Source: Gemmatimonadota bacterium (GTDB lineage: Bacteria > Gemmatimonadota > Gemmatimonadetes > Gemmatimonadales > GWC2-71-9). Taken from it: DNA of 64,000 nt. The stretch is taken from positions 69,381 through 133,380 of the forward strand of contig QHUZ01000040.1 in the NCBI GenBank assembly GCA_003223395.1, written 5' to 3'. The notes under the pieces were generated by a model that was not told the DNA's origin, searched no databases, and was given only the letters and a program-made list of their open reading frames with translations. Within the stretch, counting starts at the first letter, position 1; every line of letters begins with the position of its first letter. Positions 27,237 through 36,673 of the stretch are shown here, one piece after another. The translations under genes were made by a program, and so were the position numbers.

Positions 27237-27258
27237 GCCGATCACGGGTGTGATCGGC
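27237..27258 (-). terminator. 9-bp perfect hairpin between rplI and rsfS (terminator/attenuator or processing site candidate)
   Basis: GCCGATCAC-gggt-GTGATCGGC, 1 nt after the rplI stop, followed on the minus strand by GCGCUCUUUC. There is no long U tract. Confidence 0.35.
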
Positions 27259-27259
27259 G

Positions 27260-27703
27260 TCACTCCTTCACCACCGTGACATGCACTTCGGGCCGCACTT
27301 CGGGATGGAGCTTGATCCCGACCTTGTATTCACCCAGCTCGCGAATCGGCTCCGCCAGATCGATCTTGCGCTTGTCCACGTGGATCCCCAGCTCCTCGAG
27401 CTTACGCTGGATGTCGCTCGCCGTGACGGACCCGTACAGCTTCTCCTCTTCACCGACCTTCACCTCGAAGCTGAGCTTGACCTCGGCCAGGCGCGTGGCT
27501 TCGGTCTCCGCCGCCGACTTCTCGGCGGCGTGTTGCTTCGCGAGGCGTTCGCCTTCGTAGGTGATCCGTTTCTTGTTCGCCTCCGTGGCCGGATAGGCGA
27601 GCCCGTTGGGCAGGAGGTAGTTGCGGGCGTAGCCGTCCTTCACCTTCACGACCTCACCGATCTTGCCCAGATGTTGCACGTCTGCCCGCAGAATGATTTC
27701 CAT
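27260..27703 (-). CDS. rplI: 50S ribosomal protein L9
   Basis: ATG 27703 starts MEIILRADVQHLGKIGEVVKVKDGYARNYLLPNGLA. 147 aa. The listed 345-aa ORF extension is Arg-rich. Confidence 0.95.
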   Translation of the reverse strand: MEIILRADVQHLGKIGEVVKVKDGYARNYLLPNGLAYPATEANKKRITYEGERLAKQHAAEKSAAETEATRLAEVKLSFEVKVGEEEKLYGSVTASDIQRKLEELGIHVDKRKIDLAEPIRELGEYKVGIKLHPEVRPEVHVTVVKE

Positions 27704-27714
27704 CGCTTGAGCCC

Positions 27715-28638
27715 TCAAGTTGTATTGGACCGCTGCCGCTCGCGCGCTTCTGCCAGGCGGCGCCGGTATTGGTACCACGTATCGGTGATGCCGAGCGTGC
27801 AGAGACCGGGGAGTACGAACACCAGCGGCACGGCGAGCGCCGCGGCCGCGGCCGCGACGATCACGAGCGTCAGCGCCGAGATGCCGAACGCCTCCGCGAA
27901 TGTCGCGACGATGGCGGCGCCTCGCAGCACGTACAGCGTGCTCACGACGAGTCCCAGATTCGTCCCCGCCACCTGCAGCACGCTCGACACCGGCAGGATC
28001 AAGACGCCCAGCCAGGCGACGATCCCCCATACCCACCCGTCGCCCATGTAGAAGTCCCGGAACCGCGCCGGCGCGGGCGTCACGCTTTCGCCGGTGGTGC
28101 GCGCGGCGATGCGCCGGTACAGTTGCCACGCGAGCGCCAGCCCCGCGAGGGTCTGCAGCGCCAGCATCCCCGGCCAAGTGAGGCTGACGAACCGCACCAT
28201 CGGCTCGTAGATCGGGTACGCGTCGGGGGCAGCTTCGACGATCGTGCGCATCGCGAGGCTCGCCTGGCGGGTGGCTTCCCATCCGAGCGCGCCCCACGCT
28301 TCGGACCCCCAGATCGCCTGAATCAGCAGCGCCGCTGCGAGTCCGGCCACCACGATCGAGCGGATCGCCTGGCGCAGGATCGGGGCGGGTTTGAGCAGGA
28401 CGAACGACACGAACGCCGCAGTCACGAGCACGACGTACGCGCTCGTCGCGGCGGCGAGGCGGCTGCCGCTCCCAGCACTCAAGACGAGCAGCGCCAGACT
28501 CACCGCGCCGATCAATCCCGCGATCGGTTGCGACCAGCCGGCTCCCCCCCGCTCAGGCGTGCCGTCGCCGGGCGCGATGATCAGGAGTGCCGCGCACGGC
28601 AGACCGACCAGACTGGGGTGCGCCCACAGCACGAACAC
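27715..28638 (-). CDS. Polytopic membrane protein (DUF2232/YybS-like position between rpsR and rplI); start uncertain (GTG about 28638, up to 28770)
   Basis: Multiple hydrophobic helices. It occupies the rpsR-rplI position where DUF2232 proteins occur in other bacteria. There is no ATG/GTG between the rpsR stop and 28638 in this frame. Confidence 0.55.
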   Translation of the reverse strand: MFVLWAHPSLVGLPCAALLIIAPGDGTPERGGAGWSQPIAGLIGAVSLALLVLSAGSGSRLAAATSAYVVLVTAAFVSFVLLKPAPILRQAIRSIVVAGLAAALLIQAIWGSEAWGALGWEATRQASLAMRTIVEAAPDAYPIYEPMVRFVSLTWPGMLALQTLAGLALAWQLYRRIAARTTGESVTPAPARFRDFYMGDGWVWGIVAWLGVLILPVSSVLQVAGTNLGLVVSTLYVLRGAAIVATFAEAFGISALTLVIVAAAAAALAVPLVFVLPGLCTLGITDTWYQYRRRLAEARERQRSNTT

Positions 28639-28679
28639 CGTGAGCGCCAGCAGCGGGCGCCACCACGACTCTTTGGTAG

Positions 28680-28901
28680 CTATGCGGTGTGACCCTTGAT
28701 GTAAGGAATCAGCGCCAGCTGCCGCGCGCGTTTGATCGCGGTGGCGAGCTGCCGTTGATGGCGCGCGCACATCCCCGACAACCGGCTCGGCAGAATCTTG
28801 CCCCGTTCCGTGAGGAAGCGGCTCAGCGTCCGGTCATCCTTGTAATCGAGCACGCGTGCCCCGGATTCGCACACGGGGCAGGTCTTGGCCGGCCGTCTCA
28901 C
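28680..28901 (-). CDS. rpsR: 30S ribosomal protein S18
   Basis: GTG 28901 overlaps the rpsF stop (GTGA). [60 protein letters not shown]. Confidence 0.93.
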   Translation of the reverse strand: MRRPAKTCPVCESGARVLDYKDDRTLSRFLTERGKILPSRLSGMCARHQRQLATAIKRARQLALIPYIKGHTA

Positions 28902-29260
28902 GCTTCCTCCTCTTCCAACTCTTCTTCTTCGGGAGCGACGACCGCGGCCGCCACCGGCTTGGGCTGTTCGCGCGCGGCTTCGACGCACATGTACCGCAAC
29001 ACGCCTTCATCGAGCTTCACGGCGCGCTCGTACTCGGGCAGCAGATCGCCCGTCGCCTGAAACTCGGCGACGACGTAGTAGCCCGTGTCTTTCTTTTTGA
29101 TCTTGTACGCCATCGTCCGCTTGCCCCAGTGCGACACGTTGGAGAGCGTGCCTTTTCCGTCCTTGGTCAGCAGGGCGTGAAAGCGGGTGAGTTTTTCGTT
29201 GATGGCCGGCTCGTCCAGGGCACTATCGAAAATGTAGACCGTCTCGTACCGACGATTCAT
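28898..29260 (-). CDS. rpsF: 30S ribosomal protein S6 (acidic C-terminal tail [10 protein letters not shown])
   Basis: [31 protein letters not shown]...[25 protein letters not shown] precedes the ATG. No ssb gene lies between rpsF and rpsR. Confidence 0.93.
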   Translation of the reverse strand: MNRRYETVYIFDSALDEPAINEKLTRFHALLTKDGKGTLSNVSHWGKRTMAYKIKKKDTGYYVVAEFQATGDLLPEYERAVKLDEGVLRYMCVEAAREQPKPVAAAVVAPEEEELEEEEA

Positions 29261-29377
29261 GCCACCTCCCTTTGGTCATAGGTGACCCGATGCGGTGGAA
29301 GGCACCGAGTAGGGGATATGTTGAGGGGCGAAAGATAGAGGAGGCAGCAAGTTAGCGGAAGTGGTATTGTAGGGCGC

Positions 29378-30157
29378 ATGCGGCCCTACCGCGTGGTCGC
29401 GATCTCGCTCTCTGTCCTGGTCCTCCTCGCAGGATCCGCTCCTGCGCAGGCGCCGTCCGATACCAGCGCGCGCATTCGCGGCTCGGCCATTTCCGATTTC
29501 AACGGTCGTCCCATTGCGGGTGTGATGATTTCCGTGCCCGAAGTCAAGAAGTTCGTGGTGACCGACTCGGACGGACAGTTTGCGCTCGCCGGCTTGCCGG
29601 CCGGCAAGCGGTCCATCCGCGTTTCGTACGAAGGTCGCCAGACCCAGGACTACATGTTCACCCTGCAGGGCCAGCAAACGAAACAGATTGCCGTTGTGCT
29701 CGACGTCGATGCCGAGGATCTCAATCCGCTCGTTGTGGAGGCGCGGCAAGCGAACATCTGGCGCGATCTGGCCGGATTCTACGAGCGCCGGCGGACCTAT
29801 GGCGCCTTTGCGCATTTCTTCACGCGCGAGGAGATCGCGAAGATGCGGCCCACGCGCTTGAGCGGGCTCCTCACCCTCGAGGGCATCGTGACCCGCTGTT
29901 ATCAGGATTGTCGCCCGACCCGATACACGCGCGGCAAGCTGTGCACGGTCCCGGTGAGCGTCGATGGCGTGGCGTTGCGCGAGATGGACTACGATCAGAT
30001 CGCCGTGGCGGACGTCGCCGGTGTCGAAGTCTACCGTGGTGTGCCGCCGACCGATCTGAATCATTCCCTGGTCCCGACGGTCGGTTCGTCGATCTGGATG
30101 GGGACCGGACTGTCAGCGGCAGGCCAGTGCGGCCTGGTGGAGATCTGGACGCGCTAG
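29378..30157 (+). CDS. Secreted CarboxypepD_reg-like + TonB-dependent-receptor plug-like protein (no beta-barrel)
   Basis: Signal peptide MRPYRVVAISLSVLVLLAGSAPAQA. IRGSAISDFNGRPIAGVMISV...TDSDGQFALAGLPAGKRSIRVSYEG (CarboxypepD_reg). FTREEIAKMRPTRLSGLLTLEGI...VSVDGVAL...VAGVEVYRG (plug-like). It ends at 259 aa. Confidence 0.6.
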   Translation: MRPYRVVAISLSVLVLLAGSAPAQAPSDTSARIRGSAISDFNGRPIAGVMISVPEVKKFVVTDSDGQFALAGLPAGKRSIRVSYEGRQTQDYMFTLQGQQTKQIAVVLDVDAEDLNPLVVEARQANIWRDLAGFYERRRTYGAFAHFFTREEIAKMRPTRLSGLLTLEGIVTRCYQDCRPTRYTRGKLCTVPVSVDGVALREMDYDQIAVADVAGVEVYRGVPPTDLNHSLVPTVGSSIWMGTGLSAAGQCGLVEIWTR

Positions 30158-31257
30158 ACGTTGAAGCGAAATAGCAGGATGTCGCCGTCCTTCACCACGT
30201 AGTCGCGTCCTTCACTTCGGACCAATCCCTGTTCGCGGGCAGCCTTGTAGCTGCCCGCGTTCACAAATTCTGCAAACCCGACCGTTTCGGCGCGGATGAA
30301 CCCGCGCTGAAAGTCGGAGTGGATCTCGCCGGCCGCGTCGTACGCGGTGTCACCGCGATGCATCGTCCAGGCGCGCACCTCGTTCTCCCCGACCGTGAAG
30401 AACGTCTGCAAGCCGAGGAGCCGGTGACCGGCGTGAATCAGCCGGTCGAGCCCCGGCTCCGACACGCCGGCGCTCGCGAGATACTCGCGACGCTCATCGC
30501 CGGTCAGCTCGCCCAGCTCGGCTTCGAATTTGGCGGAGAACGGAACGATTTCCGCTTCTTCGTGATGGGTCTGCACCGCGGCCCGGAGCTTGTCGATCCA
30601 GCGGCCGCCACCGGAGGCGAGATCGTCTTCGTTGACGTTGGCGGCGTAGAGAATCGGCTTGGCGGTCAGGAGGCCGAGCGTCCGCAGGAACTTGATCGCG
30701 TCGGGGTTTTCGCCGGCTTCGCGCGCGCCGCGCCCCGCGTTCAGCTCCTGCACGACACGCTCGAGCAGGACCAGCTCGAGCTGGGCGTCCTTGTCGCCGG
30801 CGCGCGCCGATTTGCGCGTCTTGTCGAGCCGCCGCTCGACCACCGCGAGATCGGCGAGCGCCAGCTCGCTCGTGATGACGTCGTGATCGCGCACCGGATC
30901 GACCGGTCCCATGACGTGCACGACATCGGGGTCCTCGAACGCGCGAATCACGTGCACCACGGCGTCGACCTCGCGGATGTGCGAGAGAAACTGGTTGCCG
31001 AGGCCCTCGCCTTGAGACGCACCCTTCACCAGCCCGGCGATATCCACGAACTCGACGACGGCGGGGACTTTCTTTTTGGGTTTGACGACCTGGTTCAGCG
31101 TCTCGAGGCGGGGGTCCGGCACTTCGACGACGCCGACATTGGGCTCGACGGTGCAGAACGGATAATTCTCCGCGGCCGCGGCTTTGGAAGACGTCAGCGC
31201 GTTGAACAGAGTCGACTTCCCGACGTTCGGCAGGCCAACGATGCCAAGACGCAGCAT
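30154..31257 (-). CDS. ychF: Ribosome-binding ATPase YchF
   Basis: [19 protein letters not shown], the NVNEDD motif, and a C-terminal TGS-like domain ([11 protein letters not shown]). Confidence 0.95.
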   Translation of the reverse strand: MLRLGIVGLPNVGKSTLFNALTSSKAAAAENYPFCTVEPNVGVVEVPDPRLETLNQVVKPKKKVPAVVEFVDIAGLVKGASQGEGLGNQFLSHIREVDAVVHVIRAFEDPDVVHVMGPVDPVRDHDVITSELALADLAVVERRLDKTRKSARAGDKDAQLELVLLERVVQELNAGRGAREAGENPDAIKFLRTLGLLTAKPILYAANVNEDDLASGGGRWIDKLRAAVQTHHEEAEIVPFSAKFEAELGELTGDERREYLASAGVSEPGLDRLIHAGHRLLGLQTFFTVGENEVRAWTMHRGDTAYDAAGEIHSDFQRGFIRAETVGFAEFVNAGSYKAAREQGLVRSEGRDYVVKDGDILLFRFNV

Positions 31258-31790
31258 CAGGCTTTAAGCCACTTATCGACCGCGTCGATCATCTGGGGGA
31301 TCAAGGACTCGACCTGCTCCAGCTCGGCCGGTTCGAAGGCGTTGAGCACGTAGTCGGCCCAATCGCCGATGCCTTCCGGAAGCGGTCCTACGCCCACGCG
31401 CAGCCGGGCATACTGCTGCGATTGCAGCGCGCCCTCGACGCTCTTGAGGCCGTTGTGCCCACCGGCCGAGCCGTCAGGCCGGAAGCGGAACGTGCCGAGC
31501 GGGATCTGGAAGTCGTCCACGAGAATGAGGAGATCGCGAGCCGGCGTGAAGGTCGGGTCGGCGCGCAGCGACGCGAGCGCCGCGCCGCTGCGGTTCATGA
31601 ACGTCGTGGGTTTGAGGATGCGCACGGGAACGCCGAACACCGTGCCTTCCGTCGCGCGTGCGCGCTCGGCGCGACGGAAGGGAGGAAGCTGCCAATGCTC
31701 GGCGACGGCGTCGGCGAGGAGAAAGCCGGCATTGTGGCGCGTCGCCGCGTATTCCGGACCCGGATTGCCCAGGCCGACGACGGCGCGCAG
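31257..31790 (-). CDS. pth: Peptidyl-tRNA hydrolase; probable non-canonical CTG start at 31790
   Basis: The conserved N-terminus AVVGLGNPGPEYAATRHNAGF is encoded directly after the rplY TAG, in the same frame. The first ATG/GTG/TTG (31640) would remove it. The CTG lies 6 nt after AAGGAAGAG. Confidence 0.8.
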   Translation of the reverse strand: MRAVVGLGNPGPEYAATRHNAGFLLADAVAEHWQLPPFRRAERARATEGTVFGVPVRILKPTTFMNRSGAALASLRADPTFTPARDLLILVDDFQIPLGTFRFRPDGSAGGHNGLKSVEGALQSQQYARLRVGVGPLPEGIGDWADYVLNAFEPAELEQVESLIPQMIDAVDKWLKA

Positions 31791-31793
31791 AAA

Positions 31794-32525
31794 CTACTCT
31801 TCCTTCTTGCCCTTGGGCTTCTCCTCGGCTTTTGGAGCGGCTTTCGCCTCGGGTGCCCCCGCAGCTGCTTCGACTTCCTCGCCTTCCTCGCCCTCGCGGA
31901 CCTTGCGGATGAGCTCGGGCTCGGCGACTTCGGTCGTGGCCTCAGCGGTCGGCGCGGCGACTTCCTCGGCGCGCGGCGGCACCACGGTCGCGATCGTCAG
32001 ATCGGCGCCCGTCAGGATGGCGGCGTTGGGGATCGACAGATCCCGCACGTGGAGCGAGTCGCCGATCTTGAGCGCGGTCACGTCGAGCTCGACGTGGTCG
32101 GGGATGTTTTCGGGCAACACTTCGATTTCGACCTCGCGCGTCACCTGATCGAGCACGCCGCCCGCGTTGCGCACACCGTCGGGCGTCCCCACGAGGTGCA
32201 CGGGAACCTTGAGCGTGAGCTTCTCGCCGCTCTTGATCTCGTAGAAGTCCACGTGGATGATGTCGGGGCGGAGCGGGTGGCGCTGAATCTCGCGAATCAG
32301 CGTTCGGGTCGTCTTGCCGTCGACGCTCAGCTCGATGAGCGTGCTCGCCGGCTCGATGCCGGTCAGCGCTTGCTCGAGCGCGAGCGCGTCCACCATCAAT
32401 GTCTGGGTGGCGCGGCCGTGGCCGTAGATCACGGCCGGAATCTTCTTCTGGAAGCGCGCCTGGCGCGCCGCGCCTTTGCCCGTTTTCTCTCGTGCGGTAG
32501 CACTGAGAGCCACTGTCTGCGCCAT
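31794..32525 (-). CDS. rplY: 50S ribosomal protein L25 / general stress protein Ctc
   Basis: MAQTVALSATAREKTGKGAARQARFQKKIPAVIYGHG..., and a C-terminal Ala/Glu/Lys-rich tail typical of the long Ctc form. Confidence 0.9.
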   Translation of the reverse strand: MAQTVALSATAREKTGKGAARQARFQKKIPAVIYGHGRATQTLMVDALALEQALTGIEPASTLIELSVDGKTTRTLIREIQRHPLRPDIIHVDFYEIKSGEKLTLKVPVHLVGTPDGVRNAGGVLDQVTREVEIEVLPENIPDHVELDVTALKIGDSLHVRDLSIPNAAILTGADLTIATVVPPRAEEVAAPTAEATTEVAEPELIRKVREGEEGEEVEAAAGAPEAKAAPKAEEKPKGKKEE

Positions 32526-32554
32526 ACACCTATTCCTCTGTTAGCGTCGCTGGA

Positions 32555-33508
32555 TCAATCAAACAACGAGCTCACCGACTGATTCGAATGTTCATAGCCG
32601 ATGGCCTTGGCCATCAAACTTGCGATCGACAACACCTTCAGCTTTTCGAACTGCTTCTCCTCGGGAATCCGGATCGTATTCGTCACGGTCACTTCTTCGA
32701 TCGGGGCCGCCCGCAGCCGTTCGACGGCGGGGCCCGACAACAGCGCGTGCGTCGCGAACGCGAAGATGCGCTTGGCGCCCAGTCGCTTCAGCGCCGCCGC
32801 GGCCTCCGAGATCGTGCCCGCGGTGTCGATCATGTCGTCGGGGATGAGGCAGTCCCGATTTTCGACTTCCCCGACCACGTTCAGCACTTCCGCGATATTC
32901 GCCGACGGGCGCCGCTTGTCGATGATCGCGAGCGACGCGTCGAGCCGTTTCGCAAACCCGCGGGCCATCTTCGCCGACCCGACGTCCGGCGCGACGACCA
33001 CCGGCTGATACAGCTGCTTCGTCCGGTAGTGGCTCACGAACGCCGGCGCCGCGTACAGATGGTCCACCGGGATATCGAAGAATCCCTGGACCTGGTGGGA
33101 ATGAAAATCCATTCCCAACACGCGGTCGGCTCCGGCGTGGGTGATCAGGTTCGCCACCAGCTTGGCGCTGATCGCCACGCGCGGTTGGTCCTTCCGGTCC
33201 TGCCGCGCGTAGCCGAAGTACGGAAGCACCGCGGTGATGCGGGCGGCGCTCGCCCGGCGCGCTGCGTCGATCAGCAGTAACAGCTCCATATAGTTTTCCG
33301 CCGGCGGGTTCGTGGGCTGGATGATGAAGACATCCCGCCCGCGCACGTTCTCGTCGATCTTGACGAAGATTTCGCCGTCGGCAAACCGCCGCATCGTCAC
33401 CGCGCACAGCGGCTGTCCCAAATGCTGGGCCATCTCCTCGGCGAGAGGCCGGTTGGCCGTACCGGCGAGGAGCAGCAACTGGCTGCGTGACAACGACAGG
33501 TCCCGCAT
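32555..33508 (-). CDS. prs: Ribose-phosphate pyrophosphokinase
   Basis: Start set at ATG 33508 (MRDLSLSRSQLLLLAGTANRPLAEEMA). Motifs YFGYARQDRK, DFHSHQVQGFFDIPVDHL and DDMIDTAGT. Confidence 0.93.
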   Translation of the reverse strand: MRDLSLSRSQLLLLAGTANRPLAEEMAQHLGQPLCAVTMRRFADGEIFVKIDENVRGRDVFIIQPTNPPAENYMELLLLIDAARRASAARITAVLPYFGYARQDRKDQPRVAISAKLVANLITHAGADRVLGMDFHSHQVQGFFDIPVDHLYAAPAFVSHYRTKQLYQPVVVAPDVGSAKMARGFAKRLDASLAIIDKRRPSANIAEVLNVVGEVENRDCLIPDDMIDTAGTISEAAAALKRLGAKRIFAFATHALLSGPAVERLRAAPIEEVTVTNTIRIPEEKQFEKLKVLSIASLMAKAIGYEHSNQSVSSLFD

Positions 33509-33575
33509 CGGGCCACGGAAAGTAGTCGGCAAAGCGCGTGAAGCCAAGACCTTAACCGGCAGGGTGGGGTGCCGT

Positions 33576-36011
33576 ATGTTAGAGCCCGTGGACGACCTTC
33601 AGGCGCGGCTCGCCGCTGCACTGGCAGGCCACTACACGATTGAGCGCGAGATCGGCCGCGGTGGGATGTCCATCGTATACCAGGCGCGGGACCTCCGCAA
33701 CGACCGGTGGGTGGCCCTGAAAGTCCTGCGGCCGGAGCTCGCCGGCGCGCTCGGTCCCGCGCGCTTCCTGCGAGAGATCAAGGTCGCCGCCGGCCTCGCG
33801 CACCCCCACATCCTCCCGCTCTTCGAGTCCGATGTCGCCGATCGTCTGCTGTTCTACACCATGCCGTACGTGGAGGGGGAGTCGCTCCGCCACCGCCTGC
33901 AGCGCGAGCGGCGGCTGCCGATTGGCGACGCCGTGGCCATCGCCTGCGATGTCGCCGATGCGCTGTCGTATGCACACGCCCAGAACATCGTCCATCGCGA
34001 CATCAAGCCCGAGAACATCCTGATCGAAGCGGGGCATGCCGTCGTCAGCGATTTCGGCATCGCGCGCGCGATCAGCGCGGCGAACGAATCCCGCATGACG
34101 GGGGTCGGCATCGTCATCGGGACGGTGGACTACATGAGTCCCGAGCAGGCGAGCGGCGAGGAGCTCGACGGCCGCAGTGACATCTACAGCCTCGGGCGCG
34201 TGCTGTATGAGATGCTCATCGGATCGGTGCCGGCCGGCGGGCGGAGGTCAACCGGGATTGAGCGGCGCGATATCCCGCTCGAGATCGACCTCGCGATCCA
34301 AACCGCGCTGGCCGAGGTGCAGAATGAGCGGTTTGCAACCGCAGGCGAATTCGCGGCGACGCTGCGACAATCGAGCAGCGTCTCACCGTCCGGCTGGCAG
34401 CGGCGGCGCATCCGGCGTCGGTGGCGGATCGCCGCGGCGGCGGCGGGCGTCGCGGCCGTGGCGCTGCTCCTGTGGACGATCGCGAAACCCAAGTCGATTG
34501 CGCCACTCGATCCGACCCATATCGCCGTGCTGTACTTCGATGATCTGAGTGCGGGCGGCACGCTCGCCCACGTCGCCAACGGGATTACCTACGACCTCAT
34601 CGAGGCATTGGCGCGCGTGCCCACCCTGCGCGTGATCTCGCCGGACGGCGTGAAGCCGTTTCGAGGCCACGCGGTCGCACCGGATTCCATCGCGCGGGCA
34701 CTCGGCGTCGGCACGATCGTCGCCGGCAGCATCTCCGCGTCGCAGGATCGCCTGCGAGTTGCGTTTCGACTCGTGGATCCGACGAGCGGGGCGCTCATCT
34801 CGAGTGAGACATTCGAGCGTCCGGAAGGCGAGCTTTTCGCGCTGCAGGACACCCTGACGGCGGAAGTATCGACCGCATTACGTGAGCGTCTCGGCGCGGA
34901 TATCCGTGCACGTTCAAGCCGGGCGGGAACGCAGAGCGCGCGAGCGTGGGAGCTGCTGCAGCGCGCGGAAGCACTCCGGGATGAGGTCGCCCTCGGCACC
35001 GGAGCTGGGTCACCGGCGGAGCAGCTGCTGTCGGCGGACTCCTTGGCGGCGCAAGCGGAGCGTGAAGACACCCGCTGGGCGGAGCCGATCGTACTGCGTG
35101 GTTGGCTGGACTACGATTTGGCCAGTGTCCCGTGGCGCGGGAGTCCAATCAAAGGGATAGCAGCAGGCGTGACGACGCAGGAATGGTTGCGCCGCGCCCG
35201 TGCGCACGCGGACCGGGCACTCACGCTGCAACCGAACGATCCGGGCGCGCTCGAGCTGCGCGGTACGGTCCTTTATCGGACGTGGTGGGTTCAGGATCGG
35301 ACGGACTCGACTGGCGTGTCACTGAAGGATGCGGAACGTGATCTTCGCGCTGCAGCGCAGATTCCGAGTCCGGTGCAGGCTCGCGCGTGGGGCCTGCTGA
35401 GCGCCGCGCTCCAGTTTGACGGGAACACCCAGCAAGCGCTCGACGCTGCGCAGCGGGCGTACAGTGCGGACGCATTCCTGACGAATGCGAACGAGATCGT
35501 TTACCGGTTGTTCTACGCTTCGTTTCAGCTAGAGCGCTATTCAGATGCGCTCAAGTGGTGCGACACCGGCCGACGACGGTTCGCCACGGATTGGCTGTTT
35601 CTCCACTGCGAGCTCACGTTGCTGGCGTGGGCGCCCGATTTGCCAGCCAGCGTATCAGCCGCCTGGCGGGCCGTCGCCAGCACCCGCCAGATCGAACCTC
35701 CCCAGATCCGGGACTGGGCCGAACCGCGGTTGCGAATGATCGCCGCGACGGTCATTGCGCGCGCCGGCCTGCGCGACAGCGCCGAGCACGTGATTCGGGA
35801 TGCACGCGCGTCGGCCCCGGACGATCCGGAGCTCCTGTATCTCGAAGCATTGGCCAGAGTGCGTCTGGGTGATGCCGATTCCGCGGTGCAGCTCCTCTCG
35901 GCCCGTCTGCGTGGTGCGCCCGACGTACGACCCTATCTGCGCAAGGACGTCCAGCTGCGCGCACTTGCCGGCGACACCGCGTTTCAGAGACTGGTTGGTA
36001 CCGCCCACTAG
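33576..36011 (+). CDS. Transmembrane Ser/Thr protein kinase with a periplasmic TolB-N/CsgG-like module and TPRs
   Basis: ATG 33576. GRGGMSIVYQA, HRDIKPENIL, DFGIARA. TM helix WRIAAAAAGVAAVALLLWTI. Then IAVLYFDDLS...IVAGSISASQDRLRVAFRLVD and TPR-like repeats. Confidence 0.88.
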   Translation: MLEPVDDLQARLAAALAGHYTIEREIGRGGMSIVYQARDLRNDRWVALKVLRPELAGALGPARFLREIKVAAGLAHPHILPLFESDVADRLLFYTMPYVEGESLRHRLQRERRLPIGDAVAIACDVADALSYAHAQNIVHRDIKPENILIEAGHAVVSDFGIARAISAANESRMTGVGIVIGTVDYMSPEQASGEELDGRSDIYSLGRVLYEMLIGSVPAGGRRSTGIERRDIPLEIDLAIQTALAEVQNERFATAGEFAATLRQSSSVSPSGWQRRRIRRRWRIAAAAAGVAAVALLLWTIAKPKSIAPLDPTHIAVLYFDDLSAGGTLAHVANGITYDLIEALARVPTLRVISPDGVKPFRGHAVAPDSIARALGVGTIVAGSISASQDRLRVAFRLVDPTSGALISSETFERPEGELFALQDTLTAEVSTALRERLGADIRARSSRAGTQSARAWELLQRAEALRDEVALGTGAGSPAEQLLSADSLAAQAEREDTRWAEPIVLRGWLDYDLASVPWRGSPIKGIAAGVTTQEWLRRARAHADRALTLQPNDPGALELRGTVLYRTWWVQDRTDSTGVSLKDAERDLRAAAQIPSPVQARAWGLLSAALQFDGNTQQALDAAQRAYSADAFLTNANEIVYRLFYASFQLERYSDALKWCDTGRRRFATDWLFLHCELTLLAWAPDLPASVSAAWRAVASTRQIEPPQIRDWAEPRLRMIAATVIARAGLRDSAEHVIRDARASAPDDPELLYLEALARVRLGDADSAVQLLSARLRGAPDVRPYLRKDVQLRALAGDTAFQRLVGTAH

Positions 36012-36571
36012 TACGGGGCTCGGGGCAACCACAGGAGACTATCGGACATGCACGGCATGCTGAATGCGTGGCACGGTGGTCGCGGAAGCGGCACGCCCAA
36101 GATTATCGCCTGCACTGTATCAGCGACCGCGGCTCCATAGAGGCGCCTGTAGTACGGCAGCATGAATTTTCGAACGGCGCTGACGCTGAGAAACACAGCG
36201 TCCACCGTGCGCGGATCGTAGTGGAGTTCCCGCTCGCCGCTGTCCGTCCGGACGCGCACGGTGATCGCGAGGACCTGCCACGGGTCGCGCGTGGCTAGCC
36301 CGCGGTAGGGTCCGTAGGCGCGGTAACTCGCACCGGCGCGCGTCGCCGCGGAATCGGCCGCCGCGCGCGTCGGATAGTAGCCGATCACGGTGAACGGCCG
36401 GACCGTCGCCCCGACCAGAAAGACTTGCCCCGTGTCGCCGTAACTACTCACGGCCTCGGCCAGCACGCGCTCCTGGGTCAGACGGGGGCGCTCGGACAGT
36501 GCAGCGCGAATGACTGTGGCGGCCGCGGCGCCAACAACGGCGGCGATTGCGGCGACGACCATGGGGCGCAT
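36008..36571 (-). CDS. Hypothetical membrane-anchored protein
   Basis: ATG 36571 (MRPMVVAAIAAVVGAAAATVI) gives an N-terminal TM helix. No family recognised. GC-rich third codon positions support coding. Confidence 0.4.
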   Translation of the reverse strand: MRPMVVAAIAAVVGAAAATVIRAALSERPRLTQERVLAEAVSSYGDTGQVFLVGATVRPFTVIGYYPTRAAADSAATRAGASYRAYGPYRGLATRDPWQVLAITVRVRTDSGERELHYDPRTVDAVFLSVSAVRKFMLPYYRRLYGAAVADTVQAIILGVPLPRPPCHAFSMPCMSDSLLWLPRAPY

Positions 36572-36673
36572 GTAACGCCTCCGGGTGTGGAAGGGTCGTA
36601 AGCGTGCGCCTGGCCGCTTCAACAGTCAAGGCGCGCCAGGCGTAAGCAGGACGAACCCATTCATGGAGTGCTC

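Noticed and set aside
27704-28297. The upstream extension of the rplI ORF (listed as 345 aa).
   Set aside because: The extension is Arg-rich and overlaps the polytopic membrane protein gene. L9 begins at MEIILRADV (27703).
29261-29340. A possible S6:S18-binding autoregulatory leader upstream of rpsF.
   Set aside because: I could find only a 5-bp CCACC/GGUGG pairing around the Shine-Dalgarno. I cannot match it to the known leader structure without a covariance-model search (for example Rfam cmscan).
36607-36642. An 8-bp inverted repeat CGCCTGGC...GCCAGGCG with a 20-nt loop in a divergent intergenic region.
   Set aside because: The stem is short and GC-rich with a long loop in a GC-rich genome, which is likely chance. 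It has no supporting context.
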